Shown here: in pieces, positions 10,243 through 22,803 of the stretch
Layout: each line of letters begins with the position of its first letter
How positions within the stretch are numbered: the first letter of the stretch is position 1
NCBI GenBank assembly: GCA_048013815.1
Contig: CM106585.1
Coordinates: 14,694,001-14,758,000 of the forward strand
Length of the DNA: 64,000 bases
Source of the DNA: Setoptus koraiensis
Lineage: Eukaryota; Animalia; Arthropoda
Direction of reading: 5' to 3'
Notes under the pieces: model-generated
What the model saw: only the letters and a program-made list of their open reading frames with translations
Database searches by the model: none
What the model was told of the DNA's origin: nothing
Made by a program: the position numbers and the translations under genes

Positions 10243-11190
10243 CGTGTATAATCTCTTGATCTGCGATAGATCACAATGACTTTTTCTTTTCAACAAAGAA
10301 TGTGCGCCTTGTCGATTCGAATGCGCGCATCCATCATTTGTGAAAATTCTGATGATGGGCGCAGTTTTTGTTGTCACTGGGGCCAACATCACGTGATGCC
10401 GACCAGACAGAAAAGAAAAAAAGTTGAAAATGTTTGTCAATTTGAAACTGCTCGTCGTGGGTGGCTGTTTCGTATGATGACTCGAGAGTTTAGTTAGTTT
10501 GCATTCGCTGTGCATATCTCCGAATGTTACGTTTGAGTTTCGCCACGGGACTCTGGCGTAACGTTTCAAACATAACTTCGAGAGAGATGATGACTCGCAT
10601 CGACGAGCCATATTGGCAAATGTCACCGATCAGAATATATGTTTACTAACCGTTATTGTGAGCTGTCTGCATCTCATTTAATATGCAACTACATGTATGT
10701 GGCCCAACACACACAATATGCCACATAGCGACCTATTGGCGACGGCTCAAAATTTTACATGCTCTGATTTATTTTCGCGCTAGCTTGCCACTGGGGCACT
10801 CTCTGAGAGAGAGAGCCTCTCTCTCGCTGGGAACACCATCGAACGGTCGCTTTCGCTGCTAGGCTCTCTCTTGGAAGAGAGAAAGAAGTGCATTTAGAAA
10901 TAATGGCAGCGGATAGGACAAGTGGCAGCAAGGCAACATTGATAGTAGATGATGCTATTAATTTCGGCCATTAATATTCATTGGGGCGCCCGACAGCGCT
11001 AGCGAGAGCTACTCGAGAACACTAGAAACTGTTTTAGTTGCTAGACAATTCATTCATTGTGAGAGTAAGTTATCATTGTCGAGACTAACTAAGAGCGCCT
11101 CATTGACTGGCCTGTGTGCGGGGGCGACCGACACAGTGTCTCGTCAGTGGCCGTCGGCGGGCCAGCCCAGAAATGAGAATCGGCTCGCTT

Positions 11191-11250
11191 GCCAGCCAGC
11201 CAACAAGCCAGCCAACAAGCCAGCCAACAAGCCAGCCAACAAGCCAGCCA
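11191..11250. repeat. Tandem 12-mer (GCCAGCCAACAA)n, about 4-5 copies
   Basis: Direct reading of the sequence. Confidence 0.9.
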
Positions 11251-11807
11251 TTAAGCCGGCTATGGCGAGGGGCCGGGGGCATTATTTGTGCGGGTTCTAG
11301 GCGGGCGAGCTGTTTCTGGCCATTTATGATGTATGGAACTGGATCCAGTCACAGTGCCAGTGCGAATGAAAATCACGACTAGTCTCTCGTCGGAGCGACG
11401 GGCCAATTCGTGGAAAGATTCGCGCCCGGCCCCAATATACAAGTGGCTTGTAAGTTGGCTGCGACAGAGTGGCTTGTTTTGAGTGGCTCTCGATTCGATC
11501 ACAATTCTAATCAATCACGCGGCGCGTTAGTTTCGTTTCGTTTAGTCGTTTTCTTCGTTCCGCCAGTGGGTCCATTGGGGGCCCCGTTCATTTCGGCGCA
11601 CTGGCGCAGTGCGTCTATCGAATCTGTCGCCCTGCTTGCGGTGGCTGCATGTTTGCCGCTTGTTGACTGGCGGATAACTGCATAGCCGAATTATCCGCCA
11701 GCCAGTCAGCCAGCCAGTTCGGCAAGCCAGCCAGCGAGCCCCACAGAGGCGTTCAACTGGATCGGCGAGTCATTTTCCGTTTTGTTTTCGCTGTTGGTTG
11801 TCTCGGT

Positions 11808-11918
11808 CCTATTCGGCTGGTTTCGGTCCTATTCGGCTGATTTTGGCTTTGTTCGACTGATTTCGGCTGATTTCGGCTGATTTCGACCGATTTCGGCTGA
11901 TTTCGACCGATTTCGGCT
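11808..11918. repeat. Tandem 10-mer array (GATTTCGGCT / GATTTCGACC / TATTCGGCTG variants)
   Basis: Direct reading; about 10 degenerate units. Confidence 0.88.
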
Positions 11919-14900
11919 CGCTTCCAGGCGGCAACTAGGTCCAAATTCAGGCGCGTGCAAGACGGCCAATTGTTCGGCGCCCCAGTTGAGTGAGCCGCTT
12001 GTCGCTGGCTGCAGTATTTGTGGCCGGCGTCGTTTTGAAATTCGGGCGAAATCAAGGCCAATCATGAAAGTACCGGCCTATATGCTGGCGTGCCAGTTCC
12101 AGTGCTCACATCGCGGCCACCTCACACGATCGTTTACAATTGTGCTGCGATTTTTCCATCGCTGGCTGGCGGGCTGACTGGCTGGCGATCTGGCGGGCTG
12201 GCGGGCTGGCGATCTGGCGAGCCAGAGATTAGAGCGGAACCCGCTGAAATGAGAATAGAGCGCTCAGCGGAATGGCCAGCCGAGGGATAAACTCTAATCT
12301 GGCCGGCCTAATCATTGGCGCCGGTGCGCGGTGATATTGTTCGCCTTTCTTTGTTGTCATCGTGGTAGGTTCATAATACAAAATTTAAACTTTGTGTTGA
12401 ATCGGGCTCCGAATCGAGCTTTGAATCGAGCGACAACAATATCTTCATTGTCTCTTCGCCTCCAATTGTGTATTGTGTGTGAATCTGTGCGGAGCAAATA
12501 AATTATTTTAAAGCCGCACAAAGGTTTCAGCGGGCCTGCCTCGATGGACCTCATTAGGCGAGATATAATCCCGCAGCGAGGGCCACATGCCCTCGTGCCC
12601 TCTGTGCCGGCTATATAAACGGATATTGTATATAACTAATACATCGTCACACATTGTAATTGCTGTTGTTGTTTTGCGACAAACACAATCCACTGGCGCC
12701 ACTATCATTAGCGAGCGAAAATGGGGCGCAAGCATTAAAGCGCCATTAGCCATTGTGGCGCGGTATCATCGATGCCAGGGGCCTCAATTGGTCGAATCGA
12801 CAACGAATCGGCCCACTAACTGACCTATTAGCCCGTCTAGTTGGCAGCCCCGTCCCCGTATACACGGTTCGTGTGTACAAATGGTGTGTGCAGTTGGTGT
12901 ATAAAATGTCCAGTTGCAATGAATTCCTGGCTGCTTATTTCGGCTGTTCGCCGCCGGGCTGCATTAGCCGACGGAACGGATCGGGGAATATGCTTGGCTG
13001 AACTGATTCACCGACAAACTGGCCAGCGAGTGGCGTTTTTTTGGGGTCACTTTTGTGTGTCTATGCGTGTTGTGTGTGTGTGTCAGCAATTTTAGATTGC
13101 TCGCTCGGCCAGTTCTTTTGAGCCTGTCACAGTGGTCACACAACTAACAAAAAGCAGCCCAAACACGCCAATAGAGACGGGCTTGCGCTGGTAAGACAGG
13201 GCACACACGCTGAAACAGCGCGTTGCGGTATTTCAGCAACTTCCGTTTTGTGGCGGAAACAAGGGTGGAGAGTTACGTATTCTGCTTGGTGGAGTCGCTG
13301 AAGCGCGCACAGCCGAACGCGTGCCAGACACCAACTAGCAGCAACGAGAAACAACAGTCACCATTAGTAGTCATAGGGCAAGCTTAAATGGCGACATTAG
13401 CGGTTGCGTTTAGCAAACCAATTGATTGATTGTAAATATTTGAATTGAATCCGTTGGAACGGGCCCCAATGCAAACAGTTTCCTCTGTCGTCGAACAGCC
13501 AAGCGATATATATTGCACATATGAACACTGCACAGACGGCCGAACCAAACCGGGCCTAACCGTCTTGGAATTGGTTTCAATCCGGTTTTGGTTAGATGCG
13601 AAAGTCGACGGTTATTTTAAGGTTACGTTTATTGGGTTTGCGTTGAGCGCAGTGCTCACACCAGGAAAACCCTTTCAGCATGACACCCATTCTTACGTCA
13701 CTGTAGCCTTTTCAAACTCTTCTCTTGCCCCGGAAGATGAGATAAAAAATACCCAAGATAAACGGTCTTGCTGCAGCTAATGAAAAGCTAGCCACGACAG
13801 TCAGTTTTTTATTATAAAGTTTTTTTATCTCCGGTGCGCAAATTGGCTGAGCTTTAAAACTTGATTCGGAGCTCGATTGAAATTGCGCTATTCGTAAATT
13901 TTCGTAAACTTTTGTGTAACTGTTCCTCGTAGTCGCTCAAAATTGTTGACACCTACTCGATAATTGAAAAATTCAATTTGAAACCGTATACTGTACGGCG
14001 TATAGTGCAGCGCAGAGGTGAATTTTTCAGCTTCACAAGTCACTTGTCAGTCGCTGACATGAGTATGAGCACGCGGTTTCAGCTCGGTTTCTAGCGAGAA
14101 AAAATAGAAAAATATATCCGGTTCGGTTTGCCGAAATGGTCAACCATTGGCGTCTCCATATACATAAATGGGGCAACTTTAAATTGGACGCCTGTGGCGC
14201 TCGCTATAACGTGCGTTAGGGCGTTAGATAACGAGACGCTATTGTTGTGCCGATTGTTGATTAATCGCCCCGAGACAGTGACGATATTGACTTGTCTTGT
14301 TAGCGTCAATATTTGATCGACTCATTTGTGTCTGGCGGCAGGCGGGGGGTCGTAGCTAAATCGAAGCTGGGGCCCCAATAGTTAGTATAGTTGTGTGAGT
14401 GAGAATAGTTGTCGTGCCAGAAACTAATTAAGAGAGCTGTTAGCTCAATTCGTCGTCACCACTATAGCCGAACAGTGTCGACAGTCGCAACTTGTAGTGC
14501 TTGATCTATCTCGTCTCACTGCTTCTCTGAGTGTCTGTCGTGTGTACTGATAGTCATTCAGAGAAGCAGTAGATATCTGCCAGTACAGTGATATGTCTAT
14601 ATGTCGATATCACTATACGCGGGGTATAGTTGGCAACGATGATGAACGACGGCCCACGGGCGAGAGAATGAGCGAAGAAATTGGCAAGAAATTCCCGAGA
14701 AATCTGCTGGTCAGCTCGCCGGCGAAATGGCATAGATGGCAAGTTGCCATAGGCATGCCAGCAGCTAGCCACCTAATTGATTTGCAATTGCGCTATTGCG
14801 CGCCCACGGCGCCCGCTAACAAGGCCGTCGCTGCATTGTTGCCGTTGTTACGTAAGTGCCATCTTTTGCTGCCACAATCACGGCGGCTCCATCTATCTTG

Positions 14901-17207
14901 ACCATGCCATTTGCCTATCATTACTGCTTGCCGGCAGTGGCTGTTGTTGTCGCCGGCGCTGTCAATTGTCTGGCTAGTTACCACTTCATCATCAAGTGCA
15001 TCAGACAGATACGGGCACAGGCACCTAGCTCCCTCTGTCTCGCGCTCTCCGGCGCTCTCCGGCGCTCTCCATCGATCTCTATTGATCACGGAGATAGCCT
15101 CGTTTGCTTCGACAGGTTTGGCTTCTTTTCGCTCGGCTGGCTCGCCAAATCGCACATATATCACACACACGCACGCACGCACGCATATCGCACAATGGGG
15201 CTCCGCCAATATCGGCGGCTCGCTTCTGGGGCCCAATTCTTTTCATGGTGCTCGTCTAAACTGTCGCCATTGTGTGTATGGTCTCGTCATCGTCCTACCG
15301 TCGTCGCATTGTTTACTATCATTGTCTTGCCAGCGGCCAAGACACGGAAGCACCTGTGCGGCACATAAGCACAGAACATGCAATGTGCGTTCTCGCTGTG
15401 CCGGTGCAAAGGGTGTGATGAGTGCTGCCGCAGGCGCACTGTCCAATTGTGTACAATCTGTGCCGTGTGCACCGTAGAAACTTCGTCGCTTTATCCTTCC
15501 ACCCTATAGGATATTCACAAAGGAAACCTTAAACTGTCGACACCATCAGCCAGAAAAACACCTATCCGTTTGAAGAATCAATAGGACTTAATATGAACAA
15601 TTGCGTGAATAATTGGGAAAAAATAATGCCCGACACTGGGGCGCAGCTATGGTCTTTCAGAGTTTGGCGCTCAAGGCGTCGGCATCATTTTTTTTTCTCA
15701 ATATCCAAATACTCAATCATACGAGTGCTTGATTCCACTGTGCGAGATTTCTGTGAAAAAATTCATCCAAAGTCGCCTGTGCCAACATCAAATGAAAGAC
15801 CCTATGATGTCAGAGGCCCGATAGCAAGCCGAAGGCAGAATCTGAGGTGGAATCAACGGTTGAACCAAATGTAGAAGCCAAGCCGGAGAGTTGGAGAAAA
15901 TGAGTGCATACAACAAATAAAAAAAGAAGAGACTTCGCGAACGTGAAGAGCTCAAACACGGGAACTGAGAAAAGAGGAAGAGGAACTTGGGCAAAGAAAA
16001 AGGATGCTTGATGGAAGTATGCGTCAAGTTTCGACACCTACGACCCCCGGGCGCCAGGGCAAGTGCGCCGAACGGAAACATACATGATGCTGAACATACA
16101 GAGAATCGATTTTCGAAGGTCGAAGAAAATCAAGCGAATCATTTTCCAACAGACAGTGGCGCCATTTTCTGCTTACCACTCACAGCGACACAACGATGAC
16201 ATTTTAGGGGGCAAATTTACGACTCGGAAGTGAAATTATTTCTAGCTGTAAGATATCTGGCAATGTCTTGTTGCTGCGGTAAGTTGCTCGAACGCGAACA
16301 TTTGTGAGCGAGAAGCAGCAACTACAATGTAGAGATGAAGTGTTACTGCATTCAACCACTTTGTGTCATTGTGTTAAATTGAATTCAGTTTGTTAGAGTT
16401 TGCTCAAGGGAGCTGGCCGCTGTCAGCCGACGAAATCAAGGTGTCATGATGGCGTCGAGCTAGTTGCTGGCAATAAAAAGCAATACGAATCGACAGAGCG
16501 CCGAACAATCAGACGACGACGACGACGACATAATGTATATCGGATATATGACGAGACGGACAGGGTTTGATTTTGATCAGCAGCAATTGAGCGCGGTTCA
16601 ATTTATGATGCACGTCCCGCAATGGGGGCCCCGGATTGGCGCTGGAAATGGCAAAATAGTGGCGCGCGCCAATTGCCCCTGGGTGCCCAGGTGAAAGGTG
16701 CTGACAGTGCCGCAAGAGAGTGAGATTTTTATTCTTTTATTGAGTTTGGCTCGCTTCGGGTTAGCTCGCTGGCTGCTATGTTTTATAGTGCACCACCAGT
16801 ATTTTTGGTGGCCACAGTTAAATCCACTATGGGGCGCACTGGCGCTTGCTGGCGGGGTATTATATTGCAGCCATTACTGGCATTTAAAAAGAGTGGGGCC
16901 ATCCGATTCGATTCGATTCGAATAGAATAGAATCGAATCGGATGGCGCCACTCGAAGCGGTTCGCTTCGATTTGATTTTGTTTGGCTGTCGGGTGGCGTT
17001 GGCAGCGCTGCGCCCGTTCGATTCCATTGAATTTGGCGGGCCAAGGGGGCCCATTAGGCCACTTTGGCTGGTCGCCTTTGTCGTCGTCAACATCATCATC
17101 ACTCTAAAGTTACCCTTTTTGACCGCCCATTTACCTTGCGCTAGCTTGGCCGTTTCCATTTGGAATTGTGCAAGGATGCCACCTTGTTGCCGGTGTCGCG
17201 GTTGCCG

Positions 17208-17208
<1 letters not shown>

Positions 17209-17241
<33 letters not shown>

Positions 17242-17402
17242 CGTTGTTGTTGTTGTTGTCGTTGCTGTTGTTGTTGATGTGGGGCCATTGTCGTGCGCAA
17301 CAACAACCAATGATGAATCAACGTCACCCGGGCAGAATAGGTGGCGCCATATATACATGGGCACACACATATATATATATATATACGCTGTATATATATA
17401 TA
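17209..17402. repeat. (TTG)n tract (about 17209-17276) and (AT)n tract (about 17368-17402)
   Basis: Direct reading; these explain the poly-Q/T/V/L ORF artefacts here. Confidence 0.9.
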
Positions 17403-19001
17403 TGCGCTGTATATATGCGCCGCATATATGTGTGTGGGGCCCGACGGCAGCCAGCCAGAGACTATCCGCTTCGATTGGGCTCACCTATTCAAAGCGGCGC
17501 GCTGGTAAGTGACTAAAGATAAAGTTGCCGCTCGGCGCCTAATCTAACTTTCTCGCTGGCTCGCTCGCTTTAGTATATTCGCTTTAGTATGTTCGCCTTG
17601 TATATTCGCCTTATATGTTCGCCTTATATGCCGTGTGTGTACGTACTAAGCAAATAATGGAAACAGACTTGCCGTTCTTATCGGAATCGCCTCCGACAAA
17701 ACACCAGCAACAACGGGGCCTCAATCTGACTCACTGTGATGGCACGAGCGCACAAATAGCGGATAAAAGCAAATATAAGATGATAGTTATAATGACAAGG
17801 CGGCGCAGGACGAGGCGCCCCCTCATGCACTTGTGCTAAGTAGACAGACACTTGAGCGAGATGGAAATGAAGCAACGCGCCCCAAACAGCACCGGCACCG
17901 CCTGAGAAACGTGACGGGCGCTCGCTGCAAACAAACCGTCGGGCGAGCGCCCCCGAAATTGCGCCGCGCGCCACAGTTGCCATAGTGGCGCCAGTCGGAA
18001 TTTTGCACACAATCAAATGGCTACTACGGTATCGCTGATGTTATTTAATATGAACCGGAGCCGGTCGCTGGCTCGTTACATCGCGTTGCTGTTGTTTGTT
18101 TTCAATCGTCTATTCTCTGCCGATTCTTTGCATTATTCATCATAATGTGCCCGTGTTTTCTAGCTGCGCATCCCTGTCTTGGGGCCCCGATCTCGGCACA
18201 CTCTGGTCGGCCGATCTCGGCACACTCTGGCACACGCTGGCACAGTTGGCGCACGCTGGCACTGCCAATGGCGTCCGCCGAGACGCCCAATGATCCGGCC
18301 GGCGCTGGCTTGAACTGGCCCGCTTGGCCGGGGGGTCGCCCAGCAAACTAGCTAACTAACGGCTAGATAAATGGACAAAAGATTTGCTACATGCACGAGC
18401 AGTCGAGACCTATATGCTCGTGCGCAACAACCGCGCGGGCGCTCATTTCGGCGAGCTGTGGGCTCGCCACAATCAGCGCGCAACAACAACCGAGCCGCAA
18501 CACGGCCCGACAAACTGAGGGGGCGAGCCAGGGATTTTATTTATTGGATTGGGCCCTCTGTGGTGGGCCCCTCGGCCCGCGCTCGTCCGCTGTCCCACTG
18601 GCCTGTTGTGCGGCAGTGTTGCGGCCGTTGTTGTTGCGCGCTGATTGTGCATTGTGGTCGCCAGTGGTGGGCCCGCCAGTTTGTTTGAAATGCAATTCCC
18701 TCTCGCTTGTATCACACAAGTTGAATGTCGCGTCGCAAGCTCGCCAGACACACTCTGTGAGCACACCAACAAACAACACAAATCATTGGTGATGGCCGGC
18801 CAACAGCAAACGGCGCCCAACAGCAATAGGCGGCCAACGGCCCCCACAAGCGCCTGCGACCGCGGATATGGGGCCGGCCCGCCGAGCCGGGCCCCAAATC
18901 GAAGCCGCAGTGACATGGATGCTTGCTCGAGCATGAATGGCCATTCGCGTTGCTCGCTGGCTCTTGGTTTATCATTGCATTTCAAAACAACGCTGTGCAA
19001 C

Positions 19002-19068
19002 TGTAATGGGGCCCCACTGTCTCCTTGTAATGGGGCCCCACCGTCTCCTTGTAATGGGGCCCCACCGT
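19002..19068. repeat. 24-bp minisatellite TGTAATGGGGCCCCAC(T/C)GTCTCCT, about 2.8 copies
   Basis: Units start at 19002, 19026 and 19050. Confidence 0.9.
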
Positions 19069-22000
19069 GTCCGCGTATGTGGGCACAGCCCACGGCTGGC
19101 ACAGAGCGCCCGGTCGGCACAGAGCTGGCGTGTTTACAGTGTTGCGCAAACTGTAAACACACACACCAAATACATGACACAGGCCCAGTGGCACGGGCAT
19201 AGGTCCGAGAGGCATTTGCATAAGTGGGCCCGGCTGACCCAAGTCCAATCCGACGACGCACTTATCCACTGTGCCAGCGAGTGCCAGCGAGTGCGTTATA
19301 TATACAAATATCGCGCATATCGCTGGCTCGCGTGTATCGCCCTTCGCGACGTTACGCACACATATCGCAAACGAGCCCCATTTGAGCCAGTGGCCAGAGA
19401 GTGTCGGCTATCATCTTGGGGCCCACGAAGCTGTGGCGACTTTCGAGGCCCCGCCAGTTACTGTTGCTGCCGCTGCGGTCGTTGTTGTCGTCGGTGTTGG
19501 CGCTGTTGTCGTTGGCGTTGTTGCTGTTGGTTCTGTTGTTGTTGCAACGCAAATGGGCAGCGCTCGCGTGGGTGCCATTACAAAAAACTTACACGTACTT
19601 TCCACTTGTCGTGTCCGTGTCCTTTTATCAATCGCGCGCACTGCAGATATTAAATCTTTTTCTACAAATGGCCAGCGCGCGCACTTGAGCCCCCCGAAAT
19701 CTGACAGCGCCCTCTGTGACCGAGGGCGGCTTTGTTATATTGTTAGGTTTGGCATTGTTGAGCGGGCTGCACGGCGCCGGCTGAAACTGGGCCAGCACCC
19801 AGCCACAACAACCACGGCAACGACACTCGTCGGCCATGACACTTGCACAGTTGCCGTTGCCGGCCGATAGGGCGCAGTTGCCATGTAGCCGTGGGATTCT
19901 TTGTTTGTGCCAAGCTCGTCTCCGTTGGGCGCCCTCTGTTGACCCGGCCCCGTTGTGAGAGCCAAACGGGCAACACAACACACACTCTTCCGAACCGCCG
20001 AGCAGCCCACCAGCGGAACAGCCGAGCGGCCCGCCAGCGACACAGCCGAGCGGCCCGCCAGCGGCACAGCCAGCCAGCCAGCGGCGACCGGGGGCGACAG
20101 GGGGCGCCAAAACGGGCGCAAAAGTCGACAATAACAATTGAAAATCAATGATATTCACGGGTGTGTGTGTGCCAACGAATCGACAACAGCATCATTAGAG
20201 GAACAGTTGGCAAGCTCGTTCGCGCACGACCAGCTCGGCGGTTGGCAGTGTCGTCGTCGGCGTTTCTGGCGCTGCGACGGCGGCGGCGGCGGCTCGTTAG
20301 CCAGCGGCCCTATGCGCCCCGTTTGCGCGCTATGGGCCCGTTCGCGTGCTCGCGCACTGATGTGTCGCGAGCTTTAAATATTCTGCTTCATTTCATCCGC
20401 TGCTGGCGCTCTTATCCGACTGAGTGGAGGCATCATTATGGTCGTCGCCATTGTCGCGCTCACAACCCGACCACTCCGCCTGTCCGCCCGTTTGCATGTC
20501 TGGCTGTCAGTCGCTGTCGGCTCGCTCGCGGGCCCCACTGGCTAGTCTGACACTGAGATCTAATCACACGATGTCATTATGATCGGACGGCTCCATCAGC
20601 GACCCGACGAGCGGCTCGAGTGTTGCTGCCAACTGCGCCGCAAACTGTCCATGCGATTTCGCCGCAACAGCAAGCATCGCACAGCGCCGACATTGGGCCC
20701 CATTGTCGCTTTCTGGCGCCATCGATTGATGCGGTGGCGGCGGCGGCGGCCCACGCACACCACACCGAGCTGTTTTGTCGCCGATTGTTTTGACGATATC
20801 GGCTCGCGCTCGCCTATTCCGCTGTCGGTTGGCGTTTTTCCGACGACCCCACAGCGACTTTCACAACGAGCCCTGACTCGGCCACTTGTGCAATCTCGGC
20901 GCGCCGGGCTCGCAACTTGCCAGTCGCAAGTGAGGCCCGAGGTGCCCAGTTTGCGCACTGGCGAGCACATGATGATATCGTGAGGATCGTGTGCCAAAGC
21001 TCAAAAATATTGTCCATCGTCGTCGGGCATGTCGAAGCGGCGTCTTTTTCGGGCCTGACTCAGCTGTGAGCCTTATGCGACAGATACGTGCGCACGAACA
21101 GCGCACGCCAACACGACCGCCGACTGCAACTCGATGGGGCCCCTTCCAATTTCAAATGGCCCCAATCGAAGCCGTTCGAGGCGAGCCCACGCAGATCAGA
21201 GATAAATCTGTCTGCGCACAACGAACGGCTTGTATGCACACGTTGCCGTTGCGTTCATTATGTGGGCGGTATGCGGCCAGAGCGTGGGTGCCAGGCGGCG
21301 GGGGCAGGCTGATGCGTGGGGCCGCATCTCAAGGCCGCGCACGGATTAACTCTGTGGCGCGTTATCTCGCACTGTCACCTGTTTCAGAGAAGTATTGCCA
21401 GTTTCGAGCAGAGCCAGGCTGCGTCGGCGGCAAGTTCGAGGCTCGGCCAAGAACGTGGCCGAACGTACGCAAACGGGCCCCATGAATGGCTGCGACAAAC
21501 GCTTCGAACGAGGCCCCGAATAAATTCAAATTCATCTCGGCGAAATTCGTCGCAGCGAAATTCATCTCAACGGTCGAGTCAGCGGGCGACACTTTGGATA
21601 TTTTTGATATTTTCGGAGTGCGCTCTCGTCAATATCGTGCGCGAGGGGCCCGCTCGATGCCACTTGCATCGCTACAATTGGCGCCGTGCCCATGATACGC
21701 AATGCCATGTATGGTATCGTTTGACAGCCAGCAATATTATTAATAATATCGCTGGTCGCTGCAAGTTAAAATACAAAGAGGCCAAAAAGTGTGAGCACGC
21801 CGTAGTAACATTATGACACACATGCCCGTCTTATCTCATTTCATTTCGTCTCATTTCGATCCCGTCCCTTGCCGTCCCGTCTCTTGCCGTCCCGTACCGT
21901 CCCATCCCTCACCCCAATCCCATCCCGGGTCCCGCACCGTCGTCTAACGGCGCGTCGTTGTCTGTTATTTATGCCCTTCTCCGATTCCGTTCGCCTCCTG

Positions 22001-22760
22001 TCGTCGGCCGGCGGCCGGGGCCAACAAACAGCGCCAAACAAACGGCGCCCAACAAACGGATCGCGCGCGGAGACAAATCGGCCAGCATCGAGCGGCCGGG
22101 CTTCGGCAGCCGGCGGCAGCAAACAAAAGTTGAAACACTCTGTCTCTATCGAGCTCTATTAGGCCTCATGGAGAGCCCACGGAGAACTGGCGCCGAGCTC
22201 ATGCAAGTGCGCCAGTGAACCAGTGTATTTCGGAAACTGGCGGTGCGGGAGCTTTTTATTGTAATTGTCGTTGTCGTTGTTGTTGGCGCTGTTGTTGTCG
22301 CTGTTGTTGGCGCTGTTGTTGGCGCTGTTGTTGGCGCTGTTGTTGCCGCTGTTGTTGCTGTTGTTGTCGTTGCTCTGGTTGTTGTTTCTCTCTTGTGTGA
22401 TTGCGACAATCATTGCGATTGTTTGTTGCGCAACCAGCGACAGCCAGCCACTGAGAGCCACTTCTCCTCCATTTCTCTTTATTTCCCATTTGGAGCACCA
22501 GCGCTACTCGTGTGCGCGTTCGCTAGACGTTACACGACTAGTTATATGGGGCCCGTTATGTGGGGCCCGCCGCATGCCGTTACACCAAGACGCATACAAC
22601 AATTGACAAGTTGCTCGCTGGCTGGCTGCTATGTTTAGCTGGATCTGGATCATAGTTCGGGGGCCGTTAGTTGTGTTTGTTAACGTCTGACAGCGTTTTC
22701 CAGGCTGGCGATGGCTTGTTAACTGGCTCACTGGATAGCTGCCAGGCTGCCAGGCTGCCA

Positions 22761-22803
<43 letters not shown>

